In this document: piece by piece, positions 13,925 through 26,644 of the stretch
Layout of the letters: each line of letters starts with the position of its first letter
How positions within the stretch are numbered: the stretch's first letter is position 1
Source: the human T2T-CHM13v2.0 reference genome, Homo sapiens
Direction: 5' to 3' (one strand)
Length of the DNA stretch: 64,000 nt
NCBI RefSeq assembly: GCF_009914755.1
Contig: NC_060936.1
Program-made: the position numbers and the translations under genes
The notes under the pieces: generated by a model
The model's input: only the letters and a program-made list of their open reading frames with translations
Databases searched by the model: none
What the model was told of the DNA's origin: nothing

Positions 13925-15521
13925 AATACTTATTTTTGAACATTTATCATGGCCCAAATGTTGTTTTGAATTGAGAAAGCATGTCACAGAAAGTAGAGTT
14001 GGAAATATCATCCTTAAAGGGCAGAAAATATGCCTAGTTTTCCTAGGTTGGAGCAAATACAGTGAAGGCAGGTATAATTGTAAATACAATCATAGAGGAC
14101 AGCAATTTAAATAAGTTCAATTTTGGCACCCATGATCATTTCAGTGATGCCACACATAATCAATTTTGAGATAGAAAACTTTTGTAGATTAGAAAAGTTT
14201 TATCTAGAGAAGTAAAATGTACATTTTGTTTTAAAAATAATTTTTATAAAAATGTGTGCCAACTGGTTAATGGTACCTGAAAGCATCATTAACCTGAAAG
14301 TGCTTGAGAGGTCCCTGGGTTTAGCGGATATCAGAGAATTAGGGAGTGGGGTGCCACCGTCCTCCAGGATTGTATGCCTTTCTGTAACACCATTCAGAAA
14401 CCAAATTTAGGAGCAAATGAGATAGAATCATCTAAGTTAAAAAGTACAGGGTCCTGTGGGATTCAAAGGCATGAAGATCAGGATATAGAATGTTAGCAAA
14501 AGAGTGGATATAGTATTGCATTTTATTGTGGAGGCAAGGAAATGATGTCATTGAAAGAGTGAGAAAGAAGAAATTGCTACTTCCATTTCTGTTTCCCATG
14601 ATTAATTGTGAGTGCTTTGAGATCAAAGTATATATTTCTTTTTGCTATGTATGCATAGTACCTTCTCTGGCATATAGTAGTACTCAATTGAATTGAATTG
14701 AATTTGTAAAAGAAACTTTGATTTAAAAATTGACAAAACTTCCACAGTTTATAAAAGTATATTTTTGAACACTGAAAATGGGTTAAAGCCACAGTATCCA
14801 CATTTTCTTTCATAACCAGATACTAGTGAGGCAATGGAAATTGCTTTCTGTAATGAGTTACAGTGATTTCTATTTAGGGGCAGAAGTTGTCCACTGACAG
14901 GCTAGACTTTCTCACTGAAATCTCTCCAAAACCATGCATTTTAAGCTTTTTTGGATAGTATTGAATAAAGGAATCAAAAGTAGAAAGGCTAACACTGAAA
15001 AGAATGGCATGATGCTCTGTGTTATTCTTTTTCATGTGTGAGATGTAATATAGGTAGAAAGACAAATAGCCACTGATAACATTTAAAGAAAACCAAGTGA
15101 GAACTGTAGTGTGGGTATATTTAAAATTCCTAAGTATGAAAGGAAAGGAATAACCTATCATGAGGTTAAACTCTCTTTTGTTCTGCTTCTGCTTTTAAAT
15201 ACAGCATGTGACAGGTTCTGCAATAACATGAGACTTAAAAGTAACACAGTGCTTGAAGTAGCACTTTACACTTTGACTGCCCAGTGAAGAAATGTATGTG
15301 TTACCGTGAGGTTTTTTTCTTAGTATATATTAGCAACATTTTTACAATGCTGGCTAAGCTAATGTTTCACTAATGCACAAAAAATAAATGTTTATCAAAG
15401 GCAACTATTTTATAGCATGAATAGAGAATTTTGCAATAAAAAATTGCTGCACTTCATTGCATTCTAGTAATTATTGGTTTAATGGAACTAAGACAAGTTT
15501 CTTGAAAAACCTTATTAACTT

Positions 15522-15834
15522 TAATTAATTAATTTATTTATTTATTTTTGAGATGGAGTCCCGCTCTGTCACCCAGGCTGGAGTGTAGTGGTACGATCTC
15601 AGCTCACGGCAACCTCCACCTCCTGGGCTTTTAAGTGATTCTCCTGCCTCAGCCTTCTGAGTAGCTGGGATTATGCACGCCTGCCACCATGCCCGGCTAA
15701 TTTTCATATTTTTAGTAGAGATGGGGTTTCACTTTGTTGGCCAGGCTGGTCTTGAACTCCTGACTTCAAGTGATCCACCCCCCCTCAGCCTCCCAAAATG
15801 CTGGGATTACAGGTGTGAGTCATCGTGCCTGGCC
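15522..15834 (-). mobile_element. Alu (Sx/Jb-like), full length
   Basis: Both arms; TSD cttattaactt/ctgattaactt. Confidence 0.95.
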
Positions 15835-16029
15835 CTGATTAACTTGAAAAGCTTAGCTTTATTGTCAGAATTCTAAAACTGAATACTTGTAAAGACAAGG
15901 TTAAAATGTCCTGTAAAACTTAAACTATGTTTTTTTCTTTCTAAAATATTATTTGTATTTTTCTAGCAGCAAGTTTTGTTTTTGTTTCAAAATGTGCTAT
16001 GTAAAAAAAAAAATAAGAAATAAATAACA

Positions 16030-16065
16030 ATCATTTCTCAGCCTTTTTGCTAAGATCAAATATAG
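16030..16065 (+). pseudogene. U2 snRNA pseudogene, 5' 36 nt only
   Basis: atcatttctcagcctttttgctaagatcaaatatag vs U2 5' end ATCGCTTCTCGGCCTTTTGGCTAAGATCAAGTGTAG, ungapped, 30/36. Confidence 0.85.
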
Positions 16066-16306
16066 GAATCAACATATTCAAACAACTCCATTATGTATGT
16101 TTGTTTATATATATGCATATATATGTACATTTCATTTAAATAACAGAAAGATAAATTCTATAGACTCATAGGGTATAAAAAGAATTTTTAGAAATCTTCT
16201 AAAATAATCCCTTTATTTTATAGAAAATCAAGTGAGGATCAGAGAGATAAAATATCCAAATAAATGGATTTAGTTAAAAAATATTTTCACTTTCAGCATA
16301 TACATT

Positions 16307-16672
16307 TGTATTAGTCTGTTTTCATGCTGCTGATAAAGACATACGTGAGACTGGGAAGAAAAAGAGGTTTAATTGGACTTGAAAGCAGTTCCACATGACT
16401 GGGGAGGCCTCAGAATCATGGCGGGAGGTGAAAGGTACCTCTTACATGGCAGCAGCAAGAGAAAATGTGGAAGATGCGAAAGTGGAAACCCCTGATAAAT
16501 CCATCAGATCTCATGAGAGACTTATTCACTACCATGAAAACAGTATGGGAGAAACCACCCCCATGATTCAAATCATCTCCCACTGGGTCCCTCCCACAAC
16601 ATAACATATGGGAATTATAAGGGTACAATTCAAAATGAGATTTGGGTGGGGACACAGAGCCAAACCATATCA
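16307..16672 (-). mobile_element. THE1 (THE1A-like) solo LTR
   Basis: tgtattagtc...aaaccatatca; perfect 5-bp TSD acatt (16302-16306/16673-16677). Confidence 0.95.
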
Positions 16673-17379
16673 ACATTCATATACTGGCTGATATTTTTTG
16701 AAGAAAAAATGATTCTAAATGAAAATGCATACATAAATTGAAAAATTAATACAAAATAATGGACTGCCAATAGAACAGAGGAAGTATTATTGCATTGATT
16801 CTGTCCAACTCATGCTCTGTGGGTAACAAAAATATACTGACTCCTTATTTTTGAAGATTTTATGAATTAAAAGTCAGAAAAAGCAAAAGCAAAATGAGTT
16901 AATGTGACACAAATTATTCCAACCTATACCTTGTAAGAAACTTAGAAGTACAATTGTATGCTTATGTTTCTGTATTTCTAATTTTTGGAAACATGAACAT
17001 AAATAATATTATGTATATGGATTAGTTAAGTCACTTATTTTTGACTTATTATCCCAGTATATTCTAGAAAATGAAAAGGAGAAATTTTAGACAAGCTCAC
17101 AGCTGCCCCTTCAGTACCTAGCATTGTACTTGATGTTGAAAAATGATTTTGAATTAGTAAGTGAATGAGTAGATGCTTGATGGAAGAAAGATGTGTTAGG
17201 CTCATATGTGGTGTATGTTCATTGTACCTTCTAACAGCAGGCATCTTGCTAAAGCTTAAGCAATTTCTGGTGTCCCTGCCTAAATATATTTAGGAAACAA
17301 TTATAGCCATTAGTTAATTTTCATAACAGATTTTGAGCCTATTTCAGTGCTGAGGCAAACAGTAGAACCACTATATTCA

Positions 17380-17545
17380 AATGCTGGGAGAAACCTGAGG
17401 TCACTTATTCTAGACACATCATTTTGCTGTTGAAGCTGGAGCCCAGCAAAGTTAAATAACTTCCCTACAATCATACAGCTAATAGTGCAGAGAATGGGAG
17501 TGCTTGCCTTTTCCTACTTCAGTGTTCTTGTCACTATCCAACACT
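17380..17545 (-). mobile_element. MIR relic
   Basis: cattttgc...aagctggagccca...gttaaataacttccc...catacagctaatagt. Confidence 0.55.
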
Positions 17546-17645
17546 ATAAATAAAAACTGGAAGGCTCTAATTTTTTTCCCTAACTTTATCTTAGTTTTTT
17601 TCTCTGTTTGTTTTTCCATGTAAGTCAGAATCACTTTAAAAAATT

Positions 17646-18069
17646 AAATGTCCATCAATGATAGACTGGATTAAGAAAATGTGGCACATATACACCATGG
17701 AATACTATGCAGCCATAAAAAAGGATGAGTTCATGTCCTTTGTAGGGACATGCATGAAGCTGGAAACCATCATTCTGAGCAAACTATCTCAAGGACAGAA
17801 AACCAAACACCACATGTTCTCACTCATAGGTGGGAATTGAACAATGAGAACACTTGGACACAGGATGGGGAACATCACACACCTGGGCCTGTTGTGGGGT
17901 GGGGGGAGGGGGGGAGGGATAGCACTAGGAGATTTACCAATGTAAATGACGAGTTAACGGGTGCAGCACACCAACATGGCACAATTATACATATGTAACA
18001 AACCTGCACGTTGTGCACATGTATCCTAGAACTTAAAGTATAATTAAAACAAAAAGAAAAAGAAAAAAA
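17646..18069 (+). mobile_element. L1PA4-6 3' end, 5'-truncated
   Basis: ORF2 C-terminus IDWIKKMWHIYTMEYY...SLIGGN, G-rich 3'UTR, A tail. Confidence 0.95.
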
Positions 18070-18149
18070 TGGTCTTTAAGTAATGGGCATCTACCTAAAG
18101 GCAGTTTAGCTGAAGCTGTTATTGGAGGTAAACTTAACTCAAATGTATG

Positions 18150-18365
18150 TAACTATCATTTTTATCATTGAGCGTTTGCTGTAGGTAGACCCACTTCTGA
18201 GTGCCTTATAACATTACCATTATTATTTTATTTAGTCCCCACTCTAACCCTATAAAATTAGTTCTATATTACTGCCATTTGTTTGGGTAAAAGGAAATTA
18301 TAGTGGTGGGAAGTTCAGTGGTTCATCTAAGGTCACAATAAACAGGAAGGCTAACATACGGTTAG
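18150..18365 (-). mobile_element. MIR relic
   Basis: cattgagcgttt...taaccctata...tattactgccattt...aaggtcaca. Confidence 0.6.
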
Positions 18366-19899
18366 TAGTGCCAACTACTTCCAGAAGAGTTTAAGAAGTT
18401 TCCTTTCTGAAGCTAGCTTGGTCATCATGCCTCAGATTGCATGTTTCTCAGCCTGGATTGATCTTGTTGGGGTCCTTTGGGTTACAGCACAGCTCTAAAA
18501 AGGAATGCTTGGGTGGCAGCTAATGCCAGATTATTACACCTATTTGGCAATCATATGTATCTTTTACATAGTTCAAATATAATGAGTGTTATAGAATATC
18601 ACATTTTAAAGTAAATTCATAAATTTTTATTTAATTTTATTATTTTGAACAAAATGTGCTCACTTAGTTCAATGTAAAGGAAACTTAAATGTTTTATAAG
18701 CTGGTTATTGACTTATTGGACCTCACAGAGCTCTTACAAAACATTATTTAAAGAAGCTAAGTGTAAATATACTGGAAACATATGAATTAAATTTCCCTTG
18801 AAATGTAGTGGGTTTAAAAATTGGGAGGAAAGTGTTTGGCCAAAGCATTTTATGTTTTGCCAAACCCCGGGTGTTTGAACAAATAGTTTTAAACATTTTA
18901 TTGAAGCAAAATGCTACTGAGTATACACATTCCTTAAAAACTTGTATTTATTTTTTGACTCATAACCCATATTATGTTGGTGAAAATGAAAGGGTTCTGG
19001 GACAATGCATCAAACTATCTAGAGTATTATTGTAAATTGATAATTTAGCAGTGGTCAAGGATTGACAGAGCGAAGCAAAGTGTCCTCTACTCAAGCTAAT
19101 AGCCATAGAACAGCACACTCATAAGGTTTGTTTTTCCATGAGAGAAAAACCATATACAATGATTTTAGAAAACAAAAACCTGGTTCTCAAATGTAATGAC
19201 TCTAATCATTGTAAATGTGGCTCAAATTGACTAAATGGGTAATGAAACAATTTTAAGAATGTTACCTGGCCACAATAGAATAATGAAAAATGTGTGTGTG
19301 TGTGTTCATGTGTGTGTGTAGTTATTTAGTCAAATTAGAACCAAAACACATAAAACAGAATCAGCAATACCCTACTTCCTTCACAATGAATAAGCCCCAA
19401 TTTATAAGTACTCTGGTGGGAAAATATTTATAAAACCATATTCTGCGATTGCAGGTGGGTATGACCTACCAAATCCATGCTTCTGCTGGGTGATCCACTA
19501 TGGCTTCACTTCTCTGCAGTTTAATGAACTTATGTTTGCTTTGTGTCTACTTTTAAAAATTAAATATCTCAGAGTGTTAGGTCATTGTTACCTAATTCCT
19601 TAGTAAGAATTGTTTGAAAATTATTTGTGGCTGGATTGACAGCTGACTGGAAACAAGGCTTTGTGGGACTAGATTCTGGTCTAACAATCAGATGGAAAAT
19701 GTCTGGGACATGTAAAAACTCTCACTGTAAATGTTCTGCAGCATGAAAAGGCTTGCCTGGCACTTTTAGTCAGAAATTCACCAAAATTTCTTCATGGTGG
19801 GGTCTTGCACTCTTTATGGGGCATAGTACTTCCCATGACCACATCAGGGTACATGCTAGAATATTCTTCCCTAACTCTGCTGTTAGGCAGTAAATTCAT

Positions 19900-20220
19900 T
19901 CTTCTTTCATTTCTCAGATTAAACATTACTTACAAGGAAATAATTGGGACCACTCTAGCTAAAGGGGGTTCCCAGTGGTTTCAGTTAGCTTCTATCTTAT
20001 CTTCTTTTTTCTTTCTTTTATAGCACTTACTAGAATTTTGAATTATTATGTTTATTATTTAAAAGTTTAAAATTTATGTCATCCACCAGAGGAGTTCTGT
20101 GGAGAAGGGTAATGGAGTTCTGTGGAGAAGGGTAATGCCAGTCAAGCTCAGCACTGCCTCCCTAGTGCCTAGAGTTACTTGTGCTTGGGATTGAACAAAT
20201 ACTTTTGAATGAATGAGTAA
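19900..20220 (+). mobile_element. L2 3' end relic
   Basis: tttctttt..atagcactta; ctagtgcctag; terminal gaatgaatga. Confidence 0.6.
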
Positions 20221-23200
20221 CTGCCTGATGGAAGAAAGGTGAACAGGCTCCTATGTGGTATAAATTCATTGTACTTAGCAACCTCAGGCATCTTGCTGAA
20301 GCATAAGCAAATTATGAGGTTCCTGCCAAGCAGGAAATTAGCAAATGAACTTTACATGAACTGAGCCAATGGCCACTGTTATAGCACCATATTCTATTTC
20401 TTTACTCAGGGTATGAGCTTGAATAAATATATCTCCTGGACGGCACTTCCAGAAGGTTTGGAAATTTCCCAATAAACTGTTGATCAGATTTATAGATATG
20501 ATCAGCCAATACCTGGAGAGAAGCAGATTGAGGGAGAGGCTCAATCTAAAGGACTGAGATTCTGTACTTCAGTAAAGTACCTTTAGCCTTCCATGTGTTC
20601 AAGCAGCTGAATGGAAAGGAAGGGATGGAGCAGGGTGTAATGCTTCCTGTAAAACTGACTGCAGATTCGATCACTTTGGAAAAGACTAACGAACATCTCT
20701 ACTGACCTGTAATCAGTTCGTTTTCCAGGCAAGGACTTCACGAAAACAGTGGCCCAAAATACTGAGCTTCAATGGAGTCCTCTTGCCATGAGAAAAATCT
20801 CTGACTATCCTCTAGGCAGACACATAAGGTTTATTTGAACATTCAAGCAACTGAAAAAGAAATTCTCAGGATCTTTCTCTCTATTTACCATCATCAAGCT
20901 CTGTCTTCTAACTCTAACATCTTTTATTTTCCACCCCAGTTTTAAATCAGTCTCTTGTGTCCTCCTGTCTTGCTGCACATATTATTTTGGCTCTACCATG
21001 TGCCCAGACATAGGAAATATAGAAGTAAACTAGAAAGTTTCCTTTTCTCATGGAATGTATACCCTTTTCTGTGAACCTCAACAACCTAGGACCACATTCA
21101 TGAGTGGAAAAACTCAAGGCAGGCAGGCTGTTTTATGATTTTCCTAGCTTTCAGGTCCATCCTCCTATTTCTTATGTTGAGAGGAATACATGCAAAGGAG
21201 GGATCTGGGAGGTTGAATTCCTGCACAGAGCTCGGTGTCATTTTCCCATTGCCATAAAAGAAAAAACCCCGATGGGTAATGAGTGGGAGTGCGGCAGGCA
21301 TAGTGACTGTGTGGGGTGTTAGGAGGGAAGTGCAAGTTGGCAAAGAAGCCAGCATCCTCTCCAGACTTGGCTGGTTGCTTGCTGAAACTGCCTTCGGTTT
21401 TCTACCAGCATATCTGTCTCTCACTTCCTTCTAGCCTCATTTTTAACTCCCACAGTTCCCCATATTTGGTGTCCATTCATAATAAAGAGTTAGAAATCCA
21501 AATGTTGATCACTTTCCAGACAATAAATTTATAATTTCAAATTGGACTGAAACTGGCTCATAGATTCTCTATTTTCCCCTGATTTTTGTTTTGAGATGCC
21601 TGAAATCACATTGGCAAGTAAAAGGAGAGGCCAAAGGTTTAGAGGGACAATGTTTTCTCAATTAATGGAAGTTGCAGTGAACGCTTAATAACAGTAAAGA
21701 TAAAAAATACTGGTTCAGCCAATAAAAATCCCTATATATTAGAGGTATTTACCAAATATTTGATACTTTTGATGGGCATTCAATTTATAGGCCATATTAG
21801 TTTAACATTAAGATTGAAGTTAAGCAAATATCATCAAATTGACTGGGGTTGCACACACATACTTTTTTTCTTTTTGGTAAAGTGAGACTGGTGTATTAAA
21901 AAGGTAAAATATTTACAAATAAGTTATCTTTATAGTCTTATATACTCATTCTACATTTGGCAAAATTCTTTACTTATTATTCTTTGTAACTAGTCTAAAT
22001 TATTTTTTTCCTGGAGAGAAATAATTTTGCCACGTTAAAAATATAACATAAGAGAATTATGAAATGGAAATTTGGCATACCTGACAGGTCTACACACATT
22101 TATTGAGTATTTATTCAAATTAATTTAAATTTATTTTATTAATGGCATAGTCCTGTGTGGGGAAACTACCTTTTTTCACTTTCATTTTAGGTTCAAGGGT
22201 GTATGTGCAGGGAAACATGTTTATCATCTGCTCAGATTTCCAAGTGAAAAAACTCTCTGGCTTAAAGCAATACTTGGTCCCTTTCTCACTACTCACTTAC
22301 ACACACATCTCCATAGGCAGAGGATTAAATTACTTGCAAAATTTGATAGAAGGAATTATGTACATTAATCTCCATTTTCCTCTTTATTTTGATGGCTGCC
22401 TCAAAAATCACATATTTGTGCTGTCAGTATGAAGCTTGTTGGGGAGAAGTCTTGACTTTTTTACATCTGTGCAAGTATGTTTAATTCTAGTTTGAAGTGT
22501 TTGCAAGCCCTTTATGCTGTAAATTTAAAGCAAGTTCTCTAAATAGCCTTTCAATAATAAACCTGATATTTTCATTTCAGTGTCTCTGAGTTTTGTGCTT
22601 TCTATTTCAATTAATTCCTAACTCAAGAGGGGAAGGAAGATGTTATTCAAATTCAAAATCCCAATACACCCAAAAAATTGTTTTAATTTTCTTTTACAAT
22701 AGTATGATATATATTTCATATATTAACCTAATCCAAACGTGTAAACACTAAAATGTATATGTGTATGTGCGTTCATGCACATGTATCCACACATTTAAGA
22801 ATCCTCATAAAAGCTTTCTGTAAATAATTTTTTCCCACATCGAATCAGCTCTCAGTTGGACGATAAAGTATGTTTTTATTCTGATTAAAACCTGGTTTTC
22901 ATAGATTTAGGCTATGTATAACTTAAAAGTAACTTTCTCATGATGTGTGCAATATTTTTATAGTAATGAGTCTATGTAAACTATACTTAGGTGAAAAGAT
23001 GAATGTAACTTAAATAAAAATATGTTTAAAAACTTCAAAGATATATAATGTTCATCCTTTGTAAATTATTTTAATTAATTGAAGCTACTTAAATTATTTT
23101 ACTTATCTAATTAATTTATAAGTATTCTTAATTTTCAAAAGTTAACATTATTTTGAAGTAGTTTAAAGTAATTTGAAAATATTTTCAAAGATGAATCTGG

Positions 23201-23519
23201 GTTTACATTAAACAATTGTTTTGAGATTATTAGGCCTTAAAGACCTGTATTCTTAATTTCTCCATTATAATTTTTCTCATGGAAGTCAATTTACTAATGT
23301 GTAGAAGCTATAGGGTTGATGGAATTCATGAACTTATTGCCTGTCCAACAGAATACTTTTGAGTAGAAATGATGACAAGGACATACAGTTAATAAGTTAA
23401 TTTGGAAATATAAGTATTATTCCTTCTATATAATAAATAAAAAGAATATTTTGGGGCTTCAGTCTTTCACTTTTAGCAGTATTTGTCTCATTGGTTGTTC
23501 TCATTTTGTATTCTTTTTC

Positions 23520-24050
23520 ACCTATATCAATGAAATTGTGTCACTTTTTCTTCTACATCTCTGATGTCTCCTAGGTCATATACTTTATAGGTGTATCTTC
23601 TGTTCTCTAGTTATTAAATGTTTATGTTTCTCAAGGAATAGCCCTAAGTCTTCTTTCTACTTAATTTGCATTATCTCCCTAGCTGTATGCATGCATTACA
23701 CATGAACTTCTCTAGCTTAGACAGTTTGCATTTATATTGCTAGTCTTAATCTTTCCTCTCAGCGCAGATGGATATAATATATTTAGCATTATCACCCATT
23801 TATGTAAAGGCTCCTCACATCTTGTCCCAATATCTCCACTATTCCTTCACTTTCTCAAGTTAGAAATCGAAGAGTCAGCATCTACAACTTCCTTTCCCTT
23901 AGTCTCTATATCCAATCCTTTCTCATGTCTCATTAAATATGTCTTCCATATCACAATAATCCATGTTCTTTTCCATTGTGATCATATTAGTCCAAGTCGC
24001 ATAATTTCAGCCATTATCAATGGTGATTTAACATGGCTATTATTATAAAC
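23520..24050 (+). mobile_element. L2 ORF2 relic
   Basis: Pyrimidine-rich, degenerate VPQGSVL-like tttctcaagga...ccctaagtc and tagtccaag..cat motifs. Confidence 0.55.
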
Positions 24051-24404
24051 ATCTGACTATTTAAAACATGTATGTTAATTTCAGCAAAATGTGAAGAGAA
24101 AAGTGCCTAGGATACAATTTTGGTTATGTAATGTTATATCATTAATATGATTTTAGTCAGAAAAATGGGGAGTACTAATTGATTCATTCCTTTGGAGATA
24201 GTATCCAATCAGAAGTACTTTGCAACCATAAGTAACATTTAAATCATTTATCCTTCTGCCTACTTGGTAAATTGCAGTAAGTTTACCAAGATGAAGATCT
24301 TTTGGTTATACTGAAAACAAAATAGATATTCTAATAAGACTCGAATTATTTTTAAGTGTGTGTATGGCATTTCTTGTAGGACTTGGTGATGTGTGAACAT
24401 CATT

Positions 24405-24610
24405 AAATAGTGGGAGAGAGCTTTGTATCTGAGTTAGATCTGAATTTAAACTCTAACTTTGGTTGATTACTTTTGTATAACCTTGCATAGTTTCTTTAAT
24501 TGCTTTCTACTTTGGTGTCCTCATCTGTAAAAGGGTAATAATAATATCTTCTCTTGGGTTGTTAGAAGTATCAACTAAAATACAATTAATGAAGCACTTA
24601 TTATGAGGTC
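24405..24610 (+). mobile_element. MIR
   Basis: Core tcctcatctgtaaaagggtaataata...gggttgtt. Confidence 0.75.
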
Positions 24611-25611
24611 TAGCTCCCACAGCATGGTGAGCAATGCTAAAATTACATGTTATGGAAAATATTATTTTAAGTTTTTATTTTGTTTAAATTACACTGTGCA
24701 GACAGATTAGAACCTAAATTTAATCCTAAATTACCTTAATTCCATTAAGAAAATAATTTGATATATGGTTTGCTTTTTAATATATGCTTTTTAAAACTTG
24801 CTGAGTATGTTCCGTTTATTTTAAGGTGACTGAAATACTAGAAAGGAAGTGATTAGGCATACATTATAAATAAATTAATTAAAAATATCTGGTACCTGTC
24901 TTTTGCATACTTCTTAACAACCTGTCATAGCTCTGTTATAAGTTACTTTAGAAAGTAAACCTCTAGTAATGCATGCTTATCTTTATAAACCAATAGTAAA
25001 ACACCAATTGTGCCAATGTGCAATTGTTTACTAAATTTTAAATCATCTGAATTTTGAATTTGGAAATTTCAAGCCAAAAGAACTGACTAAATACAATTTG
25101 CCTTTTTTGGATATTTTTGTTTTGCTCATATTTTTTTTTCTAAGTAGACTGTTTCATGCCCAATTTTCTTCATTCAACATATTTTACAAAAAGCATATGG
25201 AAAAGCTGTTTTATATCTCCCATCAGGCATGTGGAGGTTGGTGAAAAAACAGATCATAAGAAAACATTTAAAAATTACATGAAATACATTCAAGATGTGA
25301 AAGAGAAACCAACGGCAGATTTTGCATGGCCTGGCATTTAGGAGTGACAAAAACATTGGCTCCAAAGTTATAATTACACTTTTGCTGAAATTACTAAAAA
25401 TAAATTAAATTGTATAGCAATATTTATTTTCTGCTTTCTATAATTTTCATGGTCCAAAAAAAATATTCAATTACCTTTTGAGATAGGTTACTGATTTTTA
25501 ATATATTTTAGGTGTCTGCTAATATTTAAATGAAACAGAAAAAGCAAATACAGTTCTTCTGGACCAACAGCTATATAACAATCATATCATTTGGATTAGA
25601 AACTGAAAACC

Positions 25612-26644
25612 GGTGGGAGCCAAGATGGCCAAATAGGAACAGCTCCGGTCTACAGCTCCCAGCGTGAGCGACGCAGAAGACGGGTGATTTCTGCATTTCC
25701 ATCTGAGGTACCGGGTTCATCTCACTAGGGAGTGCCAGACAGTGCGCGCAGGACAGTGGGTGCAGGGCACCGTGCGCGAGCCAAAGCACAGCGAGGCATT
25801 GCCTCACTCGGGAAGTGCAAGGGGTCAGGGAGTTCCCTTTCCTAGTCAAAGAAAGGGGTGACAGATGGCACCTGGAAAATCGGGTCACTCCCACCCTAAT
25901 ACTGCGCTTTTCTGAAGGGCTTAAAAAATGGCACACCAGGAGATTATATCCTGCACCTGGCTCGGAGGGTCCTACGCCCACGGAGTCTCACTGATTGCTA
26001 GCACAGCAGTCCGAGATCAAACTGCAAGGTGGCAGCAAGGCTGGGGGAGGGGTGCCTGCCATTGCCCAGACTTGCTTAGGTAAACAAAGCAGCCTGGAAG
26101 CTTGAACTGGGTGGAGCCCACCACAGCTCAAGGAGGCCTGCCTGCCTCTGTAGGCTCCACCTCTGGGGGCAGGGCACAGACAAACAAAAAGACAGCAGTA
26201 ACCTCTGCAGACTTAAATGTCCATGTCTGACAGCTTTGAAGAGAGCAGTGGTTCTCCCAGCATGCAGCTGGAGATCTGAGAATGGGCAGACTGCTTCCTC
26301 AAGTGGGTCCCTGACACTGAACCCCGAGCAGCCTAACTGGGAGGCACCCCCCAGTAGGGGCAGACTGACACCTCACACGGCCAGGTACTCCTCTGAGACA
26401 AAACATCCAGAGGAACGGTCAGACAGCAGCATTCGCAGTTCACGAAAATCTGCTGTTCTGTAGCCACAGCTGCTGATACCTAGGCAAACAGCATCTGGAG
26501 TGGACCTCTAGCAAACTCCAACAGACCTGCAGCTGAGGGTCCTCTCTGTTAGAAGGAAAACTAACAAACAGAAAGGACATCCACACCAAAAACCCATCTG
26601 TACATCACCATCATCAAAGACCAAAAGTAGGTAAAACCAGAAAG
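25612..26644 (+). promoter_or_regulatory. L1 5'UTR internal sense/antisense promoter with YY1 site and retained ~129-bp ZNF93-target segment (26392-26519)
   Basis: caagatggcc at 25621; extra segment between ggtactcc and aacagacctgcag that is absent from L1PA2/L1HS. Confidence 0.85.

Noticed and set aside
14169-14205. AT-rich inverted repeat
   Set aside because: Short, bulged and low-complexity; expected by chance
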